A stretch of DNA of 64,000 nucleotides from Candidatus Eiseniibacteriota bacterium (lineage in GTDB: Bacteria > Eisenbacteria > RBG-16-71-46 > CAVPCR01). Of the stretch, positions 28,709 through 38,672 are shown in pieces. Under the pieces are notes generated by a model. That model searched no databases, was not told the DNA's origin, and saw nothing but the letters and a program-made list of their open reading frames with translations. Position 1 is the stretch's first letter. Every line of letters begins with the position of its first letter. The stretch lies in the NCBI GenBank assembly GCA_963823555.1, contig CAWGMA010000004.1, positions 1 to 64,000 on the forward strand, in the 5' to 3' direction. The position numbers and the translations under genes are program-made.

Positions 28709-29158
28709 ATGCGCTGGATCCCGCTGCAGATGGTGCTGCTTTGCCTGCTGGCCCTGGCGTTCTGGGCGGGTGGGCCGTTGCTCCTTCCGGCCGCCGCTCG
28801 CCCCGCCGGGATGCTGTTCCTCACCCTCGCGCTTGCGCTCCTCATCGCCGCGCTCGCCGTGATCGGCCCAGCGCTCGCGATCGGTCCCGAGCCCAGCCTG
28901 GGGGCGCCTCTCGTCACGCGCGGCATCTACCGCCGCTTCCGCCATCCCATGTATACCGCGGCCGTGTGCGCTGCTCTCGGCCTCTTCCTCCGCCGGAGCA
29001 GCCTCGAGGTCGGACTCGCCGCGGCCGCCGTCATCCTCTTCTATCTGGCGAAGGCGCGCTACGAGGAATCCCGCCTCGAGGCCCGCTACGCCGAGTACGG
29101 CGCCTACCGGCGACGGACCTGGGGCGTCATTCCCGGATGGCCTTCCCGTTCAGGATGA
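28709..29158 (+). CDS. Isoprenylcysteine carboxyl methyltransferase / PEMT-family membrane protein
   Basis: LVTRGIYRRFRHPMY, EESRLEARYAEYGAYRRRT. Confidence 0.85.
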   Translation: MRWIPLQMVLLCLLALAFWAGGPLLLPAAARPAGMLFLTLALALLIAALAVIGPALAIGPEPSLGAPLVTRGIYRRFRHPMYTAAVCAALGLFLRRSSLEVGLAAAAVILFYLAKARYEESRLEARYAEYGAYRRRTWGVIPGWPSRSG

Positions 29159-29555
29159 TGCGGGAGCGCATCGCCACCACCGGCCGCAGCATCGCCGCCA
29201 CCGAGCAGTACTTGTCCTGGGACAGCTCGACCGCCCGCACCACCGAATCCTCGTCCAGGTCCGGGCCCTCGATATGATACACGAGATCGAGTCGCGTGAA
29301 GACACGCGGCACCTCGTCGCGGCGCTCGGCCTCGACCTCGATCCGCAGCGAGCGCAGGTTCTTGCGCATCTTGGTGATAATCGAGACCACGTCGATCCCG
29401 CTGCAGGCCGCGAGCGCCGCCTCGACCGCTTCCATCGGGCTCGGGCCGGGTCCGGGCCGGGCGTCGCGCGGCACGTTGGCGAGCACGAATGACTCCCCCA
29501 GCGGAAAGTCGATGCGGAAGTCCTGGCCCCCGGTCCAGACCGCGGTCGTGTTCAT
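29127..29555 (-). CDS. OsmC-family protein
   Basis: GPSPME..ALAACSGIDVV, AVELSQDKYCSV. Confidence 0.88.
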   Translation of the reverse strand: MNTTAVWTGGQDFRIDFPLGESFVLANVPRDARPGPGPSPMEAVEAALAACSGIDVVSIITKMRKNLRSLRIEVEAERRDEVPRVFTRLDLVYHIEGPDLDEDSVVRAVELSQDKYCSVAAMLRPVVAMRSRIILNGKAIRE

Positions 29556-29590
29556 GCCGTCTCCCTTCCGTTCATCCTCCGCCCCCCGGT

Positions 29591-30283
29591 TCATCCTCTC
29601 TCCTTCCTGTAGAGCGCATTCACGGTGATGCGGCCCTGATCCTCCTGGCTCCGGTCCACGGTCCGGGACGGCACTGCGGGCACGAACCCCACGCGTGCGA
29701 ACTCATGATCGAGGAGTTCTGCCGGCAAGAGGCATGCGTGCCCGTAGCGGAAGCCGTCGAAGACGAAGCTCGTGCCGGGGACGAGCTCGGGCGGGTTCAC
29801 GCGCGGCCCGGTTCCCGGCGCGAAGTTCGCCACCAGGCAGCGGCCGCCCGGCGCGAGCACGCGAGCGGTCTCCGCGAGCGCGCGGCGGAACTCTTCCTCG
29901 CCCTGGGCTTGCTGATACACGCCGAGGGCGACGACGAGCGCGAAGTCATCCCTGGCGGCGAACCCGAGGTCATCCATGCGCGTGACGAAGACACGGCGGC
30001 GGGCCTCCGCCTCGCCGCGGAGCGCAGCCACCCGGCGCCGGGTCTCGGCGACCATGGCCGCCGATGCATCCACCGCGGTGACGTCGAAGCCCGCGCGTAC
30101 GAGCGGCTCGGTGTTGCGCCCACCCGCGCAGCCGAGATCGAGCACGCGCACCGTTCCCGGCTCCGCATACTCCTTCATCAGCTCGACGAGACGCAGATCG
30201 GGATCCCGTGCCGCGAACTGCGCCACCTGTTCCGGATCCTCCCAGAAGGGTGGCGGCTCCGAGGGCGAGGGCGAGTGGTTCAT
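29591..30283 (-). CDS. Class I SAM-dependent methyltransferase
   Basis: VLDLGCAGGRN, AVDASAAM, RVLAPGG. Confidence 0.88.
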   Translation of the reverse strand: MNHSPSPSEPPPFWEDPEQVAQFAARDPDLRLVELMKEYAEPGTVRVLDLGCAGGRNTEPLVRAGFDVTAVDASAAMVAETRRRVAALRGEAEARRRVFVTRMDDLGFAARDDFALVVALGVYQQAQGEEEFRRALAETARVLAPGGRCLVANFAPGTGPRVNPPELVPGTSFVFDGFRYGHACLLPAELLDHEFARVGFVPAVPSRTVDRSQEDQGRITVNALYRKERG

Positions 30284-30515
30284 TCGATCCTCCTCCGACG
30301 GCCGAAAACACCGGGATTCAGGCCCTATCCTTTGAGTTGAGGAAACGCGCCATTGTATCTAACATCCCCCTCTTCCCCCAGCGCTCGTCGCGCGGGCCGC
30401 GCCGCGCCCGCCGGCCCGGAGCATTGGACCCGGACCAGGACCAGGAATGGTGCCGGGATCCCCGGAGGATAGGACCCGACCGGCCGCGAGGTTCCCGGAG
30501 AGGAGAACGAACATC

Positions 30516-33500
30516 ATGCAGGGCGAGCCCGGCTACTACCGCCAGCCCACCATTCACGGCGACTCGATCGCCTTCGTCTGTGAAGATGATCTGTGGTGCG
30601 TGTCCGCCGCGGGCGGCACGGCGCGGCGCCTGACCGCGAGTCCGGCGGCGGTGTCGTTTCCGTCCTATTCGCCGGACGGCCAGTGGATCGCCTTCACCGG
30701 GCGCGATGAGGGCCCGCCCGAGGTGTATGCGATGCCCGCGACCGGCGGACCGGCGCGCCGCTTGACATGGTACGGCACCATTTCCCAGGTCACGGGCTGG
30801 CGGCCGGACTCGAAGGCGGTGATCTTCGCCAGCGACTGGCACCAGCCGTTCGCCGGCCATTTTCATCTGCACGCCGTGCCCATCACCGGTGGATCGCCCG
30901 ATCTCATCAATCTCGGGCCCGCCCGTACCGTGGCGTTCGAGCCGGCCCCCGGCCGCGGGGTCGTCCTCGGACGCAACACCGGGGACCCCGCCCGCTGGAA
31001 GCGCTACCGGGGCGGCACGGCCGGCACCTTGTGGATCGACCGCAGCGGCAACGGCGAATTCACCCCGCTCGTTCGCCTCGCCGGCAACCTCGCGAGCCCG
31101 ATGTGGATCGGCTCCCGCATCTACTTCCTCTCCGATCATGAGGGGGTCGGGAATCTCTACTCCTGCACGCCGACCGGTCGGAGCATCACGCGGCACACGC
31201 ATCACGAGGACTTCTACGTTCGCTTTCCCAGCACCGATGGGGAGCGCATCGTCTATCAGGCCGGGGGCGATCTCTATTGCTTCGATCTCGAGAGCAGGGG
31301 AGCAGAGAAGCTGGAGATCCACACCCAGAGCCCGAAGACCCAGCGCCAGCGCAAGTTCGTCAGCGCCGCGCGCTACCAGGAGAGCCTCGACCTGCATCCC
31401 CAGGGTCACTCGATCGCGGTCGTGGCGCGAGGCAGCGTCTACACGATGGGGCTCTGGGAGGGTGCAGCCAAGCGTCTCGGATCCGCGTCCGCTGCGCGTG
31501 AGCGACTCGCGGCCTGGTTGCCTGACGGCGAGCGTCTGGTCGCTGTGTCGGACGAGGGCGGCGAGGATGGTCTCGTGGTCTTCTCCGCCGAGGATGGCAA
31601 GGTCCTGAAGCGGATCCGGGGTGATATCGGCCGCCCGGTCACGCTCGCCGCGGCCCCGGACGGCGGCGACTGGGTGGCCATCGCCAACCAGCGGCAGGAA
31701 GTCATCATCGCCGATGTGAAGAGCGGCAGGACCGTTGTCGTCGAGCGCAGCAAGTTCGGGCGCATCGAGGGTCTCGCCTGGTCCCCCGATGGACGCTGGC
31801 TCGCCTATGGCTTTCCCGAATCGCACCGCACCTCCACCATCCATCTCTGCGAGGTGGCGCGGGGCAAGATCCACGCGGTCACGCGGCCGCAGTTCATGGA
31901 TTCCCAGCCGGCGTTCGACCCGGAGGGCAAGTATCTCTACTTCCTTTCGCTGCGTGTCTTCGACCCGGTCTACGATTCGATCTACTTCGACCTCGGCTTC
32001 CCGCGCGGATCCCGTCCATACCTCATTCCCTTGCAGCGCGACGCGGTATCGCCGTTCGCCGATGCCACGCGCACACCGCGCGCACCCGGAGCGCCGGGGG
32101 GCTCGCTCGCAGAATCGGCCAAGGCAAGCGGGGGCGCCCGCGCCGCCGATGAGACGCCGGCGGTCACGGTCCGGATCGACTTCGATGGCATCGCCGACCG
32201 CGTGGTCGCCTTCCCGGTACCCGAAGGGCGCTACGGGCGCATTCTCGGAGCCCGCGGCCGGGCGCTCTTCGTTTCGTATCCGATCGAGGGCAGCCTCGAC
32301 AACACGTGGGTCGGTGCCGGCGAACCCAAGGCGCACGGTACCCTGAGCGCCTATGACTTCGCTCAGGACAAGACCGAGACCGTCTCCGAGCAGATCACGG
32401 ACTTCCAGCTCTCGACGGATGCGAAGGTGCTGGCGATCCGCGCCGGCTACCGGGTGCGCGTTGTCCCCGCCGCCTGGAAGGCGGAGGGACGCAGCGGCGA
32501 CTCGAGCCCCGGCCGCGAGAGCGGCTGGCTCGATCTCGAGCGGCTCCGGGTTTCGGTGGTGCCGGCCGATGAATGGCAGCAGATGTTTCGCGAGGCCTGG
32601 CGTCTACAACGGGATCAGTTCTGGACCTCGGACATGTCGGGCGTGGACTGGGTCGGGATCTACGAGCGCTACGGCCCGCTCGCCGAGCGGGTGGCCAGCC
32701 GCGCCGAGTTCTCCGATCTCCTGTGGGAGATGCAGGGCGAGCTCGGCACTTCGCATTGCTACGAGCTCGGCGGCGATTACCGGCCGGAGCCCGCCTGGTT
32801 CCAGGGCCACCTCGGGGCCGACCTGGTCCTCGATCGACGGACCGGGGCCTGGCGCATCGCGGGTATCCCGCGCGGCGATTCCTGGAGCGAGCGGTGCGCC
32901 TCTCCGCTCGCGGCGCCCGGCCTCAATATTCGCGAGGGAGATGAAATTGTTGCGGTCGGCGGCCAGCCGGTCGATCCCCAGGTCTCGCCCTACGAGCGCC
33001 TGGTGCATTGTGCCGGGCAGCATGTCGAGCTCACCCTCCGTTCTGGAGGCGGTCGGGGTGGGCGCGGGCGGTCCGCGACCCGCACGCTCACCGTCAAGAC
33101 GCTGAGCGGAGAGACGGCGCTCCGCTACCGGGCCTGGGTCGAGGCCAACCGCGCCCGCGTGCATGCGGCGACCGGAGGGCGCGTCGGTTACCTGCATGTG
33201 CCCGACATGGGACCGCATGGCTATGCCGAGTTCCACCGCGCGTTCCTCGCCGAGGTGTATCGCGATGGGCTGGTGGTCGACGTGCGCTGGAACGGCGGCG
33301 GTCATGTCTCGCAGCTGCTCCTCGAGAAGTTGCTGCGGCGCCGCGTGGGCTACGATGCCAACCGCTGGGGACAGCCCTTCCCCTATCCGATGGACTCGCC
33401 GGCCGGCCCGATCGTGGCGTTGACCAACGAGTATGCCGGGTCCGATGGCGACATCTTCAGCCATTGCTTCAAGCTCTACGGGCTGGGGCCCCTGATCGGC

Positions 33501-33842
33501 AAGCGCACCTGGGGTGGGGTCGTCGGGATCTGGCCGCGCCACACGCTGGTTGATGGCTCGGTGACGACGCAGCCCGAGTTCGCCTTCTGGTTCGAGGATG
33601 TGGGCTGGGGCGTGGAAAACTACGGCACAGAGCCGGATATCGAGGTCGACATCCGGCCCCAGGATCATGCCGCCGGGGAGGATCCGCAGCTCGAGCGCGG
33701 CATCGTCGAGATCGCGCGGCTCATCCGCCGGAAGCCGCCCAAGCTGCCGACGTTCGGGAACCGGCCGCGCAAGCGTCCAGGACGGCTGGGACCGCCGGCG
33801 GTGCCGGAGTCGGCGCCGGGACGCGGCCGCCGTCGCGTCTAG
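30516..33842 (+). CDS. Tricorn protease (S41 family, beta-propellers plus PDZ)
   Basis: WKRYRGGTAG, GELGTSH, GYLHVPDM, DVRWNGGG, AGSDGDIF, IGKRTWGGVVG, VENYGTEPDIEV. Confidence 0.93.
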   Translation: MQGEPGYYRQPTIHGDSIAFVCEDDLWCVSAAGGTARRLTASPAAVSFPSYSPDGQWIAFTGRDEGPPEVYAMPATGGPARRLTWYGTISQVTGWRPDSKAVIFASDWHQPFAGHFHLHAVPITGGSPDLINLGPARTVAFEPAPGRGVVLGRNTGDPARWKRYRGGTAGTLWIDRSGNGEFTPLVRLAGNLASPMWIGSRIYFLSDHEGVGNLYSCTPTGRSITRHTHHEDFYVRFPSTDGERIVYQAGGDLYCFDLESRGAEKLEIHTQSPKTQRQRKFVSAARYQESLDLHPQGHSIAVVARGSVYTMGLWEGAAKRLGSASAARERLAAWLPDGERLVAVSDEGGEDGLVVFSAEDGKVLKRIRGDIGRPVTLAAAPDGGDWVAIANQRQEVIIADVKSGRTVVVERSKFGRIEGLAWSPDGRWLAYGFPESHRTSTIHLCEVARGKIHAVTRPQFMDSQPAFDPEGKYLYFLSLRVFDPVYDSIYFDLGFPRGSRPYLIPLQRDAVSPFADATRTPRAPGAPGGSLAESAKASGGARAADETPAVTVRIDFDGIADRVVAFPVPEGRYGRILGARGRALFVSYPIEGSLDNTWVGAGEPKAHGTLSAYDFAQDKTETVSEQITDFQLSTDAKVLAIRAGYRVRVVPAAWKAEGRSGDSSPGRESGWLDLERLRVSVVPADEWQQMFREAWRLQRDQFWTSDMSGVDWVGIYERYGPLAERVASRAEFSDLLWEMQGELGTSHCYELGGDYRPEPAWFQGHLGADLVLDRRTGAWRIAGIPRGDSWSERCASPLAAPGLNIREGDEIVAVGGQPVDPQVSPYERLVHCAGQHVELTLRSGGGRGGRGRSATRTLTVKTLSGETALRYRAWVEANRARVHAATGGRVGYLHVPDMGPHGYAEFHRAFLAEVYRDGLVVDVRWNGGGHVSQLLLEKLLRRRVGYDANRWGQPFPYPMDSPAGPIVALTNEYAGSDGDIFSHCFKLYGLGPLIGKRTWGGVVGIWPRHTLVDGSVTTQPEFAFWFEDVGWGVENYGTEPDIEVDIRPQDHAAGEDPQLERGIVEIARLIRRKPPKLPTFGNRPRKRPGRLGPPAVPESAPGRGRRRV

Positions 33843-33848
33843 CGCGGC

Positions 33849-35255
33849 ATGAAGATGCGCGCATGGTGGCGCCTGCCAGCCCGGCTCTGCGCCGTCATGG
33901 TCCTGGCGACCGGCTCGTCCAGTATCGCGGAGCTGTCTCCCGATCCGGGGCGAGCCGCGGCTCGCCCGGTCAAGAACGTCATTCTCTTCATCGGAGATGG
34001 CCTCGGGATCACGACTGTCACGGCGGCTCGCATCCTGAGGGGCCAGCTCGAGGGAGCCGTACCGCCCGAGTCCGCCCAGCTCGCCACGGACACATTCCCG
34101 GCCGCCGCGTTCCTCCATACCTACTCCGCCGACGCGCAGGTCACCGACTCCGCGGCGGCCATGACCGCGATGATGTGCGGCGAGAAGACCGCGAACGGAC
34201 ATCTCGCGGTGAGCGCCGGGAACGACTCGGTCCCGGGCCGCTCGTTGCCGACCTTCCTCGAGCTCGCCGAGGCGACGGGCCGGGCCACGGGAGTCGTCAC
34301 GACGACGCGGGTCACGCACGCCACGCCCGCTGCCTGCTTCGCCCATGTGGACGATCGCGGCAGCGAGCACGAGATCGCCGCCGCTCTCCTCGAGAACCCG
34401 GCGCTCGGCGACGGCATCGAGGTCGTTCTCGGCGGCGGCTGGCGCCATTTTCTCCCCGAGCTCGACCCGGCGGGTGCTGCGTTCCGTGGTCCGGAGGGTC
34501 AACCGGGAAGCCGGCCGGATGGCCGCGATCTCGTCGCCGAGCTCGCCGCCCGCGGCATGGCCGTGGCGTACGATTCAGCGGGGCTGGCGGCCATCGATCC
34601 CGCGAGCACGCCGCGTCTTCTCGGGCTCTTCGCCGCGAGCCACATGGCCTATGAACTGGACCGCCCCCAGGTTCGCAGTCAAGAGCCCGCGCTCGCCGAC
34701 ATGGCGGTGAAGGCGGTCGAGATCCTGTCCCGGGATCCGGATGGCTTCTTTCTCATGGTCGAGGGGGGGCGCATCGACCATGCGCTCCACGCCACCCAGG
34801 CCCGGCGGGCGCTCCACGAAACCCTGGCCTTCGACGCTGCACTGCGAGCCGTCATCGAGCGCGTGGATATCGACTCGACCCTCATCCTCGTCACCGGCGA
34901 CCACGATCACACGCTCACGATCGCCAGCGGAGGCCCGCTCGGCAGCGACATCCTGGGATTGGCCGATGACACGGACGCCGATGGCGTCCCTTACACCACG
35001 CTCCTCTTCGGGACCGGACCGGGCCGGCGGGACTCCTCCCGCACAGCACCCTCGGCCGCCGAGATCGCGGATCCCGACTACCGGTACGAATCGGCGATCC
35101 GGACCGGATCCGGCCAGCACGGGGCGACCGATCTCCCGCTCTACGGGCTCGGTCCCGAAGCGCATCTGGGCGCCGTGCGCGGCAGCCGCGACAACACGGC
35201 GGTCTTCTCCATCATGTGCCGGGCGGCGGGCATCGCCCAGCCAGGAGGTCTCTGA
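33849..35255 (+). CDS. phoA: Alkaline phosphatase (PhoA family)
   Basis: KNVILFIGDG, TDSAAA, THATPA, FFLMVEGGRIDHALH, TGDHDH. Confidence 0.9.
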   Translation: MKMRAWWRLPARLCAVMVLATGSSSIAELSPDPGRAAARPVKNVILFIGDGLGITTVTAARILRGQLEGAVPPESAQLATDTFPAAAFLHTYSADAQVTDSAAAMTAMMCGEKTANGHLAVSAGNDSVPGRSLPTFLELAEATGRATGVVTTTRVTHATPAACFAHVDDRGSEHEIAAALLENPALGDGIEVVLGGGWRHFLPELDPAGAAFRGPEGQPGSRPDGRDLVAELAARGMAVAYDSAGLAAIDPASTPRLLGLFAASHMAYELDRPQVRSQEPALADMAVKAVEILSRDPDGFFLMVEGGRIDHALHATQARRALHETLAFDAALRAVIERVDIDSTLILVTGDHDHTLTIASGGPLGSDILGLADDTDADGVPYTTLLFGTGPGRRDSSRTAPSAAEIADPDYRYESAIRTGSGQHGATDLPLYGLGPEAHLGAVRGSRDNTAVFSIMCRAAGIAQPGGL

Positions 35256-35962
35256 TGAACTGCGACCTGACGGGGAAAACGGCGCTGGTGACCGGCGGCA
35301 GCCGGGGCATCGGGGTGCATATCGCCCGCGCGCTCGACGCGGCCGGGGCCATGGTGGGAATCACGGGCCGGCGCGCCGAAACCCTCGCGGCAGCGGCTGA
35401 AGCCATCAGCCCGCGCGTGAAGACGTATGTCTGCGATCAGCGCGACCCGGTCGCGATCCGGAAGCTGGCGCAGGACTTCACCACTGATCTCGGTGCCCCG
35501 GACATCCTGGTCAACAACGCCGCGGCGGTGAAGCTCGGGACCCGTGTCGCCGATCTGCCACTGGATGTCTGGAACAAGATGATCGAGACCAACTTGACCG
35601 GGGTCTTCCTCACCACCCAGGCTTTCCTCCCCGGCATGATCGCCCGCGAACGCGGCGACCTCTTCATGATCAGCTCGATGTCCGGCAAGAAGGGGGACCC
35701 CGGTTCCGCTGCCTACGCCACGACCAAGTTCGGATTGCAGGGGTTCTCGCAGGCGCTGATGTACGAAGTACGGCAGCACAACATCCGGGTGATGGTGCTC
35801 AATCCGAGCAGCGTGGATGTCGGCGCCGACAGCGGTCCCCGGCATGGCAAGGGTCTCTTCCTTCACGCCGCCGACCTCGCCGCGACCATTGTCCACCTGG
35901 CCTGCCTCCCGGGCCGGACGATGATCCGGGACATGGATATCTACGGCACCAATCCCCGGTAG
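35255..35962 (+). CDS. SDR-family oxidoreductase
   Basis: TGGSRGIG, DILVNNA, YATTK. Confidence 0.9.
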   Translation: MNCDLTGKTALVTGGSRGIGVHIARALDAAGAMVGITGRRAETLAAAAEAISPRVKTYVCDQRDPVAIRKLAQDFTTDLGAPDILVNNAAAVKLGTRVADLPLDVWNKMIETNLTGVFLTTQAFLPGMIARERGDLFMISSMSGKKGDPGSAAYATTKFGLQGFSQALMYEVRQHNIRVMVLNPSSVDVGADSGPRHGKGLFLHAADLAATIVHLACLPGRTMIRDMDIYGTNPR

Positions 35963-36004
35963 ACCGTGCCGGGGCGCATCGCGGCAGACCGGGCTGATGG
36001 TCGC

Positions 36005-37735
36005 CTAGGGGTGGCTGAATTCGAGATCGATCTGGTGGACCCAGAGGCCGCGTGTGGATTGGCTTCGTGTCCTGAGCTTCTCGAGTATCGCCACGAGATG
36101 GCCGGTCTCGAGCCCGGTCGGGCCCCCGTCCAGGTTCCCAGTCTGGAGTGAACCTGAGAGCATCGCCCGCCCGGCACCTTCCATGTTTCTCGCGTTCGCA
36201 GCCAGTTCGGGGTCGGCCTGGTTCTCCGGCTGCGGGAGCTGGCTGATCGTGCCGGCGAAGTCGTCGAGGGGCTTCGGACTCGCCACGATCACCAGGTGTT
36301 CGTGCCGTCCGTCGCCGGTCACGTTCCACGCGAGTTGCATGCCGTCCTGCATTCCCGGCAGTCTGTGCCGCTTGCCTCCGGGAAGCGGATTGCCGAGGTG
36401 CGAACCCTCCATCGGGAAGAGGAGGAGATTCCGTCCCGTATCGTCATGGCTCACCACGTAGACGTAGAGGGGGCGAGAGGCTTCGAGATCGAGCACGAGC
36501 CGGTCGCCGGCCGAGACCGAGGAGTGCTGCGTGAGCGGATCCAGGGTCCCTCCTTGCAGACGATAGAGGTTGGCATGGATGTCGTAGCGCATGAAGGGGG
36601 CGCGGAGGAACCACACGAAGATGAAGGCCAGCGCCGCCGCCGCCAGTAGCTTCGACCATGCCGGCACTCGGAGCTTCCCGACCCCGGCCAGGGCCAGAGC
36701 ATGCTCGAACTCGCCCGCGCTGGAGTATCTCCGGTGCGGGTCGGGATCGATGGCCCGATCGATGGCGCGAACGAGAGGAGGAGGAAGATCAGGGCGGACA
36801 TCACCGAGCCATCGTCGCTTCCCCTCGGCGTGGGCCTGGCGCACATCGAGCCAGCTGCGGCCCGTGATGGGAAAGGTCCCGGTCAGAAGCCGGAACAGGA
36901 CGACACCGAGACTGTAGATGTCGCTCTGGACCGTAGCGGGTTCGCCACGCATGACCTCCGGTGCCATGTAGAGCGGTGTTCCCGCCCCTTCCCGGTCCGA
37001 GTCGGCGCGGCACTCGGGATCGCATCCCATTCCGAGATCGAGGAGCACGAACCGGCCGCCAGTCTCGCGCATGATGTTCCGGGTCTTGATGTCACGGTGC
37101 AGGACGCCGGCATGATGAACGGCGGCAACCGCCTGACATAGGCAGGACCCGACCCCGGTGACCTCTGCGGCGCCGAGCGGTCCGCGCGCGTCGAGCATCT
37201 GATCCAGGTTCTGGCCACGGATGAGCTCCATCCACAGGCCGACCCGGCCCTCGTGTTCACCCGCGCCATGAATCCTCGCCACATTGGGGTGCTGGACCCG
37301 GGCCAGGAGCTGGGCCTCGTGGATCGCTTCCTGATCGTGCGTCCTGCGCTCCGATCCCCGCGGGTGCAGCAGCTTGAGCGCGACTTCATGGTCTAGCTCG
37401 CGGTCCCTGGCCCGATACACCTCGCTGCACGGACCCGCACTGATCCTCTCGATGATCTCCAGATGTCCCCAGCGGAAGAGCGGGACCCCGGTCTCACGAT
37501 TCTTCTCGTTGTCGGCGGCCGGCTTCTCCCCTGTCTCGCCCGCGGCCGCCGGCGCGACGTTCGCGGACTCCCGGTGTGCCGCGGCCACGCGGGCCAGCGC
37601 GCGCAGGTTGGTGACCAGGGGCTGATCCCCGGTCCCCGTCGATTCAGCGGCCGAACCCCAGTCGATCTCATCACCGTCAGCGACGGCCCGGGCCAGGGCC
37701 AGGAGTGGGTTCGGTGGTTTGCTCTCAGAGGTCAT
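36005..37735 (-). CDS. Membrane Ser/Thr protein kinase with C-terminal DUF4384-like domain
   Basis: VALK, HRDIKTRN, DLG, GTPLYMAPE, DIYSLG, TM segment, YVYVV..LLFP. Confidence 0.88.
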   Translation of the reverse strand: MTSESKPPNPLLALARAVADGDEIDWGSAAESTGTGDQPLVTNLRALARVAAAHRESANVAPAAAGETGEKPAADNEKNRETGVPLFRWGHLEIIERISAGPCSEVYRARDRELDHEVALKLLHPRGSERRTHDQEAIHEAQLLARVQHPNVARIHGAGEHEGRVGLWMELIRGQNLDQMLDARGPLGAAEVTGVGSCLCQAVAAVHHAGVLHRDIKTRNIMRETGGRFVLLDLGMGCDPECRADSDREGAGTPLYMAPEVMRGEPATVQSDIYSLGVVLFRLLTGTFPITGRSWLDVRQAHAEGKRRWLGDVRPDLPPPLVRAIDRAIDPDPHRRYSSAGEFEHALALAGVGKLRVPAWSKLLAAAALAFIFVWFLRAPFMRYDIHANLYRLQGGTLDPLTQHSSVSAGDRLVLDLEASRPLYVYVVSHDDTGRNLLLFPMEGSHLGNPLPGGKRHRLPGMQDGMQLAWNVTGDGRHEHLVIVASPKPLDDFAGTISQLPQPENQADPELAANARNMEGAGRAMLSGSLQTGNLDGGPTGLETGHLVAILEKLRTRSQSTRGLWVHQIDLEFSHP

Positions 37736-38342
37736 CGCGCATCTCCTGGGCGAGCCGGAGCAACGCCCGGCTCACCGCCATCCGAGCGGCATCGGCCGTG
37801 GGCTTGTGCATCGCATCGGCGATCTCACTGTAGCTGCACCCGAACTCGAGGCGCAGGATCACCGCCTGCTGATCTTCCGGTCTCAGGCGATCGAGCGCGG
37901 CTTCATAGTGGTCGGCCAGGTCATGCCCGATCGCGATGTCGATGGGGGAGGGAGCGGGGTCGGAGCAGTCGCATTCGAGCTCGGAAACCGGGGACCGCCG
38001 TCGCGCTGCGTCCCGGATCAGGTTGAACAGGGTCTTGCGAGCGTAGGCCTGGAAGGCGCCCTCGTGCTCGGGAGCGAAGTCTTCGACGTGCCTGACGACC
38101 CGGATCAAGGCCTCCTGCACGATGTCGCCGGTATCGAGGAGGTCGCGGGCGGAGGGTGGCAAACGGCCCGAGGCCCAGCGTTCGAGACGGGGGAGGTAGC
38201 GGCGACAGAGGGCGTCGAGCGCGACGCGGTCGCCGGCGCGGGCGCGACCTAGCAGATCCAGCGTGCGATCCGCTGGACTCGGTGCTCCTGGGCGGCCAGA
38301 CCCTCGTTCCTGATCCGCCGCCGGCGGTGGCGTTGGGACCAC
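37725..38342 (-). CDS. ECF sigma-70 factor paired with the kinase
   Basis: DIVQEAL, FQAYARKTLFN, YSEIADAM..AARMAVSRA; overlaps the kinase start. Confidence 0.88.
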   Translation of the reverse strand: MVPTPPPAADQERGSGRPGAPSPADRTLDLLGRARAGDRVALDALCRRYLPRLERWASGRLPPSARDLLDTGDIVQEALIRVVRHVEDFAPEHEGAFQAYARKTLFNLIRDAARRRSPVSELECDCSDPAPSPIDIAIGHDLADHYEAALDRLRPEDQQAVILRLEFGCSYSEIADAMHKPTADAARMAVSRALLRLAQEMRDDL

Positions 38343-38672
38343 GGAAACCTCGAGGACGGGAGAGAGCGAGTCACACCTATTCTAACTCTGGTTTCGGGTT
38401 GAAATCCAGCTGGACCGGGTCCCAGGGCCGGGGCGCTACCGCCCGCCTCTTGGCAGTGCCTCGGACCCTGGCGCCCTGCCTACCGGAGTCCTTGCGGGTG
38501 GCTACCTTTCTGGCGGCTGCCCGACTGCTCGACGGTGGCCTGGGATGCTCCTGGGCGCGCCTCCTGGTCCTGTTCCCTGCCGGCGAACCCGGTCCACTAT
38601 TTCAACGCGGTCCGCACAGAAACCGAACGGCCGGATTCGTCGAGCCCAGAAGGCAGAGCCGGGAGGGGGGAA

